Shown here in pieces: positions 7,973 through 11,687 of a DNA stretch of 11,687 nt. Each line of letters opens with the position of its first letter. Position 1 is the stretch's first letter. The notes under the pieces are model-generated. The model was not told the DNA's origin. It was given only the letters and a program-made list of their open reading frames with translations, and ran no database searches. The position numbers and the translations under genes were made by a program. Source of the DNA: Candidatus Dadabacteria bacterium (GTDB lineage Bacteria; Desulfobacterota_D; UBA1144; Nemesobacterales; CSP1-2); NCBI GenBank assembly GCA_040289575.1, contig PSLL01000050.1, positions 1 through 11,687 of the forward strand. The letters are read 5' to 3'.

Positions 7973-9124
7973 TTATATGCCAAGTATACTCACCACACAA
8001 GTAATACCATCCATAGCAGGCTGAGCCCCACCCATTGTTTCTATGATTCCAACCTTTGCACCCTCCACCTGACGCTTCCCTGCCTCACCTCTTAGATGCC
8101 ATACGATCTCTGCAGTCTGAAGTAGTCCTGTAGCCCCTACAGGATGACCCCTTGACAGAAGTCCTCCGCTTGGATTGACAACTATATCACCGCCAAGTGA
8201 TGTTCTCTCTTCCTCAATAAGTCGCACTCCCGCCCCCTTTTCACAAAACCCAAGTGCCTCACAAACTATCATCTCGGCTATCGAAAAAGCATCATGTATC
8301 TCAGCTACATCCATATCCTCTGGCCCAAGTCCTGCCATCTCATAAGCCATACCGGAGGTTCTGGAGACGTTCTCAGAAGGATCACATATTAACTTCGTGG
8401 GGCTGCTGTATTTTCCTGACTGAGCAACACAACCAAGAACCTTAACGGGCTTCTTATTTGTGGCAAGCTTATCTACAAGCTCACCTGAACAAAGCACAGC
8501 CGCTGCCGCGGCATCTCCCACAGGGCAACACTGATCGCGTGTAAGAGGATCAGCAATCATGGGAGAATTGAGCACCCCTTCAACGGTTGTCTCCTTCCTG
8601 AACTGGGCAATTGGGTTGAGAGCAGCGTGTTTTCTACTTTTGACCACAACCTTTGCTAACTGCTCTGCTGTAACACCATACTCTTCCATGTACCTCTTTG
8701 CTCTCATCGCATACAGGGCAGGCATACCCATTCCCATGAAAACCTCTATGTCGTCTTCTTCAAGAGGCAATGGTCCCCCAGAGAGAATGCGACTGAGGTT
8801 CTCTACTCCTAGAGCAAGAGCAATATCATACTGCCCGTAGGCTATTGACCTCCACGCCTCCCAAAATGACAGCGTCCCACTTCCACAAGCCCCTTCTACA
8901 TTCACAGTGGGCTGCCCAACTAGCCCAATCTCTTTGAGCGTCCTTTGTCCAACACCCATCCCCTGGTATACATGACCACAGAAGGCTATCTCTATTTTCC
9001 TTGGATGAATACCTGCATCCTTTATTGCAGCCCATGCTGCCTCACGCCCTAGTATGTGTGCACCTTTATCAGGGAATTTGCCACATGCAGTTGTTCCCAC
9101 GCCTAGTATGTAAGCATCTCTCAT
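7973..9124 (-). CDS. Thiolase, SCP2/SCP-x type
   Basis: Nucleophilic Cys in VNVEGACGSG, EIHDAF motif, NPSGGLLSRGHPVGATG, no C-terminal CxG. AAGGAGG RBS at 9131-9137. Confidence 0.93.
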   Translation of the reverse strand: MRDAYILGVGTTACGKFPDKGAHILGREAAWAAIKDAGIHPRKIEIAFCGHVYQGMGVGQRTLKEIGLVGQPTVNVEGACGSGTLSFWEAWRSIAYGQYDIALALGVENLSRILSGGPLPLEEDDIEVFMGMGMPALYAMRAKRYMEEYGVTAEQLAKVVVKSRKHAALNPIAQFRKETTVEGVLNSPMIADPLTRDQCCPVGDAAAAAVLCSGELVDKLATNKKPVKVLGCVAQSGKYSSPTKLICDPSENVSRTSGMAYEMAGLGPEDMDVAEIHDAFSIAEMIVCEALGFCEKGAGVRLIEEERTSLGGDIVVNPSGGLLSRGHPVGATGLLQTAEIVWHLRGEAGKRQVEGAKVGIIETMGGAQPAMDGITCVVSILGI

Positions 9125-9160
9125 TGTAGACCTCCTTAAGACATAGATTGACCTTCTCCT

Positions 9161-9190
9161 ATTTTAAATTATTCCCCCCATTAATTGCAA
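9161..9190 (-). promoter_or_regulatory. Candidate promoter for thiolase-DUF35
   Basis: TTGCAA (9190-9185), 18-bp spacer, TAAAAT (9166-9161). Confidence 0.55.
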
Positions 9191-9456
9191 GTGTCTTGAT
9201 AGTGTAACAAAAAATTTATATCTGGGATTTCTGGTGCAGGTAGTTTAAAAACCGCTATTGCACAAAACCAAACAAACACTTAAAAGAACAAATACGAAAA
9301 CAAAAACAAGAGATCCGGTTATAGTCTGGCTGGATCCAGCTCTATCAAGTCAAATGAATTTGTATAAGCAATAGCGGAATAACACCTTTGACTCCACTAG
9401 TATCTTATCAGGAGAGTTTCGTTAAAAAAATAGAAAAAATTTTTAAGGTTTTTCCT

Positions 9457-9503
9457 GTAAATAATAATATATGAATGTTTTTTATTCATATATTATTATT
9501 TAC
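9457..9503. repeat. Perfect 20-bp AT-rich inverted repeat
   Basis: GTAAATAATAATATATGAAT (9457-9476), 7-nt loop, ATTCATATATTATTATTTAC (9484-9503). Confidence 0.95.
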
Positions 9504-9537
9504 TACCTATAAATACCTATAAATACCTATAAATACC
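9504..9537. repeat. Tandem 10-mer repeats (TACCTATAAA x3.4) in an AT-rich region, candidate DNA unwinding element
   Basis: Exact copies at 9504, 9514 and 9524, plus TACC at 9534. Confidence 0.9.
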
Positions 9538-9586
9538 AGGGGGAATAGCATACTTAACTTCCGATAATTATTACAGAATTTTTGCA

Positions 9587-9679
9587 ATTTTGCTGATAGA
9601 TGCCACGCATTTTGCTGATAGATGCCACGCATTTTGCTGATAGATGCCACGCATTTTGCTGATAGATGCCACGCATTTT
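9587..9679. repeat. Four perfect tandem 22-bp iteron-like repeats
   Basis: ATTTTGCTGATAGATGCCACGC at 9587, 9609, 9631 and 9653, plus ATTTT at 9675. No spacers. The period is about two helical turns. Confidence 0.93.
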
Positions 9680-9685
9680 AAAGAG

Positions 9686-9735
9686 TTATCCACAGGTCGA
9701 AATATATTATGTCAACTTATCAAAAGTTATCCACA
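9686..9735 (+). promoter_or_regulatory. Two perfect DnaA boxes
   Basis: TTATCCACA at 9686-9694 and 9727-9735, same orientation, 41 bp apart, each within the 14-mer AGTTATCCACAGGT. Confidence 0.9.
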
Positions 9736-9738
9736 GGT

Positions 9739-11094
9739 TTAGGTCAGATTACCTGACTTGAGCTCTCGGAGGGTATCAAGGATCTCCATATAAATCATGG
9801 AGTCAAGTTGTTCAATTATAAAACTTTTTCCCCATCCCCTACTATACGGAAAGTTTTGTGAAATTCTCTGAGCAATCTCTTTTGGATCAAGACAAGGTGC
9901 ATCATATGCCATAAGAATCTCGCGTTTTTCATTCAAGAAGTATTTGAGTGCCGCGGTGGCAAGTTGAGCAATAAACTCAGGACGAGATTTGATGCCCACA
10001 TAAGAGAGTTCTGTATAAAATCCTTCGAGAATACTTTGGTCTATGTGGTGTCTGACCTGTTCAGTGGCAATAGGAGATATTATTAAAGAATTTATTTCTT
10101 CTGCTTCTATTTTAGGGGGAGATTTGTCTTTTATAGCACCTAACTTTATTTTGAGATCATCAGTAAGCCAGACCCAAAGGTTTTTTTCTTGAATTTCATA
10201 GTCGTCTATCAGCCCTGTAGAACCAGAAAGGTTGCTCTTTATAGTCCGGTGGCATCTTTTTAGATACTCAAGCTCTTTGGTAACACGTTCCATAAGTAGC
10301 GAAAAATTTCGGTGCTTGATGTAAGTACTAACATCGACTCCAGCCGTATCGAGGAAACGTAGGAGGTTGAAAGTCAAAGCCCCTTTGTCTCGTACACCCC
10401 TGTTCCACGATCTTCGTGCTTCAAAAACAATGGCTGAGTAGATTTTAAATCCCCAAGGAAATTCTTTGCTATTGATTCGAAACGCCCGCTTATCTAGTGG
10501 AGCATAATAGCCGTACTTTCTTACATCATTCCAGAGTTCTGTAAGAATACCGAATCTTCCTTTTTTAAAGACCTCGACGCCATCGATATAGCCCGTTGCC
10601 TCTGCGTCCACTATATAGACGAATTTTCCTTCATATACGATTTTTTTATTCCCTCTAATGGCTGGGATTTCCACCCCGATCCTGCGCAGGTTGCTATGGA
10701 GCTTCATAATCTTTTTTCGGTTGTCTGTGTCGTGTCTACCGGAGACGTCGCGTTGATATCCAAAGAAGTCGCAGAAATCACCGGCATCAAACCAGTAGTG
10801 ACCGTATTGGTGATTTGCAAATGCAAATGGAGCAAAAAACATCTTATGCTGAATGGGATCGGAGAGCATTTTCGAGATCCCTAGGAGAATCTGCTCAGAA
10901 ATTCCATCCTGCTGTATGGCCTCTTTGGGAACAACGAGGGAAAGACTAGTTTCATCGATTTGTCCCTTGATCTTTACATAGGGAATCTCAAATTCAATAG
11001 ATTCTGGGGAGATTTTTCCAAAGAAGGACGATATCTTGGAGATTCCAAGGGGAACTGAAGCGTAAGATCGTGAGCGTTCCTCTTTCTTTGCCAT
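9739..11094 (-). CDS. Putative replication initiator (divergent Rep, two winged-helix-like regions)
   Basis: 451 aa adjacent to the iterons and DnaA boxes. Segments FDAGDFCDFFGY...DNRKKIMKLHSNLRRIGVEI and FKIY...LTFNLLRFLDTAGV...ERVTKELEYLKR...GLIDDYEI resemble by eye the WH1/WH2 patterns of TrfA/RepA-type initiators. No clear RBS. Confidence 0.65.
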   Translation of the reverse strand: MAKKEERSRSYASVPLGISKISSFFGKISPESIEFEIPYVKIKGQIDETSLSLVVPKEAIQQDGISEQILLGISKMLSDPIQHKMFFAPFAFANHQYGHYWFDAGDFCDFFGYQRDVSGRHDTDNRKKIMKLHSNLRRIGVEIPAIRGNKKIVYEGKFVYIVDAEATGYIDGVEVFKKGRFGILTELWNDVRKYGYYAPLDKRAFRINSKEFPWGFKIYSAIVFEARRSWNRGVRDKGALTFNLLRFLDTAGVDVSTYIKHRNFSLLMERVTKELEYLKRCHRTIKSNLSGSTGLIDDYEIQEKNLWVWLTDDLKIKLGAIKDKSPPKIEAEEINSLIISPIATEQVRHHIDQSILEGFYTELSYVGIKSRPEFIAQLATAALKYFLNEKREILMAYDAPCLDPKEIAQRISQNFPYSRGWGKSFIIEQLDSMIYMEILDTLRELKSGNLT

Positions 11095-11256
11095 TTGAGT
11101 TCTTAAGTGAATAAATATACCCCTTATCTATCAAATCATATTTGCCGAATAAATGCAATATCTTTTAATTTATTGCCCCGTTGTAGACTGGTCAGATATA
11201 ACAGTTAGCAAGCGGGGCTTATATCATTTTTTAGTCCTATTTTGGTGTGGGATCAA

Positions 11257-11344
11257 TTCATAAGTTAATAACTTGAGAATTTAAGAGCTTTCTAACTTCT
11301 TTAATTCATAATTTAGGAACTCCTTAAGTTCTTAAATTAAGAAC
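11257..11344. repeat. Array of 11 phased degenerate octamers (TTnnnAAn), centromere/operator-like
   Basis: TTCATAAG TTAATAAC TTGAGAAT TTAAGAGC TTTCTAAC TTCTTTAA TTCATAAT TTAGGAAC TCCTTAAG TTCTTAAA TTAAGAAC, contiguous at an exact 8-bp period. Confidence 0.75.
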
Positions 11345-11372
11345 CTGTGATACAAAATAATTCCAATAATTA

Positions 11373-11591
11373 ATGGAGGTTAGAGTAATTTTTGTTTCGG
11401 CCTGTGGGGATGACTGCGAGCAAACCATTATTGATTTTATTGAATCGTGTGCCATAAACCTGATAGGAACTGCTCTAAAAGAAAGAAGCCGCCGAGGTTT
11501 TAGGCGTCTCCTGCTAAACCTCGGCGGCAACCGGAAGGTGGAACATTCTCAAGGATACAGCCTCTTGAGTTGTATTGTCAAGCTCTTGTAG
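11373..11591 (+). CDS. Possible small hypothetical protein divergent from the rep-like gene
   Basis: 72-aa ORF just after the octamer array. No upstream RBS. Its 3' half is overlapped by an antisense promoter/terminator unit, so it is uncertain. Confidence 0.3.
   Translation: MEVRVIFVSACGDDCEQTIIDFIESCAINLIGTALKERSRRGFRRLLLNLGGNRKVEHSQGYSLLSCIVKLL
11477..11528 (-). terminator. Intrinsic terminator on the minus strand
   Basis: 13-bp perfect stem GCCGCCGAGGTTT (11488-11500) / AAACCTCGGCGGC (11516-11528), followed on the minus strand by TTCTTTCTTTT. Confidence 0.75.
11477..11545 (-). ncRNA. Candidate ~70-nt small (antisense/countertranscript-like) RNA
   Basis: Promoter TTGACA (11581-11576), 18 bp, TATCCT (11557-11552), followed closely by a strong hairpin and U-tract on the same strand. 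Confidence 0.55.
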
Positions 11592-11605
11592 GGGTGTCTG
11601 TAGTT

Positions 11606-11650
11606 GCAAAGTGATAATGCCACTAGTTAAGCGCAAAGTGAAAATGTCAC
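11606..11650. repeat. Pair of 18-bp imperfect direct repeats
   Basis: GCAAAGTGATAATGCCAC (11606-11623) and GCAAAGTGAAAATGTCAC (11633-11650), 16/18 identical. Confidence 0.6.
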
Positions 11651-11687
11651 CCCATGGGTTTAGGGTAATTTCTGTTTTTAGTAGTAA

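Larger units (their letters stand above)
9420..9738. other. Putative iteron-type origin of replication
   Basis: Order AT-rich/short repeats - iterons - DnaA boxes, directly abutting the stop of a Rep-like gene. Confidence 0.82.

Noticed and set aside
7139..9035. ORFs 7139-7438, 8254-8445, 8559-8840 and 8826-9035
   Set aside because: They overlap the nitroreductase or thiolase and have no independent support.
9587..9679. 22-bp repeats as a CRISPR array
   Set aside because: The copies are directly adjacent with no unique spacers, and there are no cas genes in the window.
9690..9717. Intact 28-bp dif site
   Set aside because: The right arm is XerD-like, but the 11 bp to the left of the spacer (CCACAGGTCGA) do not resemble a XerC arm. 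Reported only as half-sites.
9718..9730. IHF site or third DnaA box between the two DnaA boxes
   Set aside because: TATCAA-AAGT-TAT misses the TTR of the IHF consensus, and TTATCAAAA has two mismatches to the DnaA box. Too weak.
9420..9738. Canonical chromosomal oriC
   Set aside because: Only two DnaA boxes, no dnaA/dnaN/gidA context, and the region is dominated by iterons next to a Rep-like gene.
10696..11530. ORFs 10696-10884 (+) and 11324-11530 (-)
   Set aside because: The first is antisense within the rep-like gene. The second starts at the terminator hairpin, runs through it and has no RBS.

Overview
Bacterial, moderately AT-rich DNA in two parts. Positions 514-9124 hold metabolic genes. 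An AmiS/UreI-family channel on the + strand converges on a minus-strand run: SCP2-type thiolase plus DUF35 (Zn-ribbon/OB-fold) partner, nitroreductase, DUF1059 protein, Sir2 deacylase, two tandem long acetoacetate-decarboxylase-like paralogs, an aldehyde dehydrogenase and a small hypothetical protein. Positions ~9450-11687 look like a plasmid/chromid-type replication module. It has an AT-rich region with a perfect 20-bp inverted repeat and 10-mer tandem repeats, four perfect 22-bp iteron-like repeats, two perfect DnaA boxes and an adjacent 451-aa gene that looks like a divergent two-winged-helix Rep initiator. Upstream of that gene are an 11-unit phased octamer array (centromere-like) and a candidate ~70-nt small RNA with its own promoter and terminator. 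No transposase, integrase or att boundary is visible between the metabolic genes and the origin, which suggests a megaplasmid or chromid. All assignments come from reading motifs by eye; no database searches were run.
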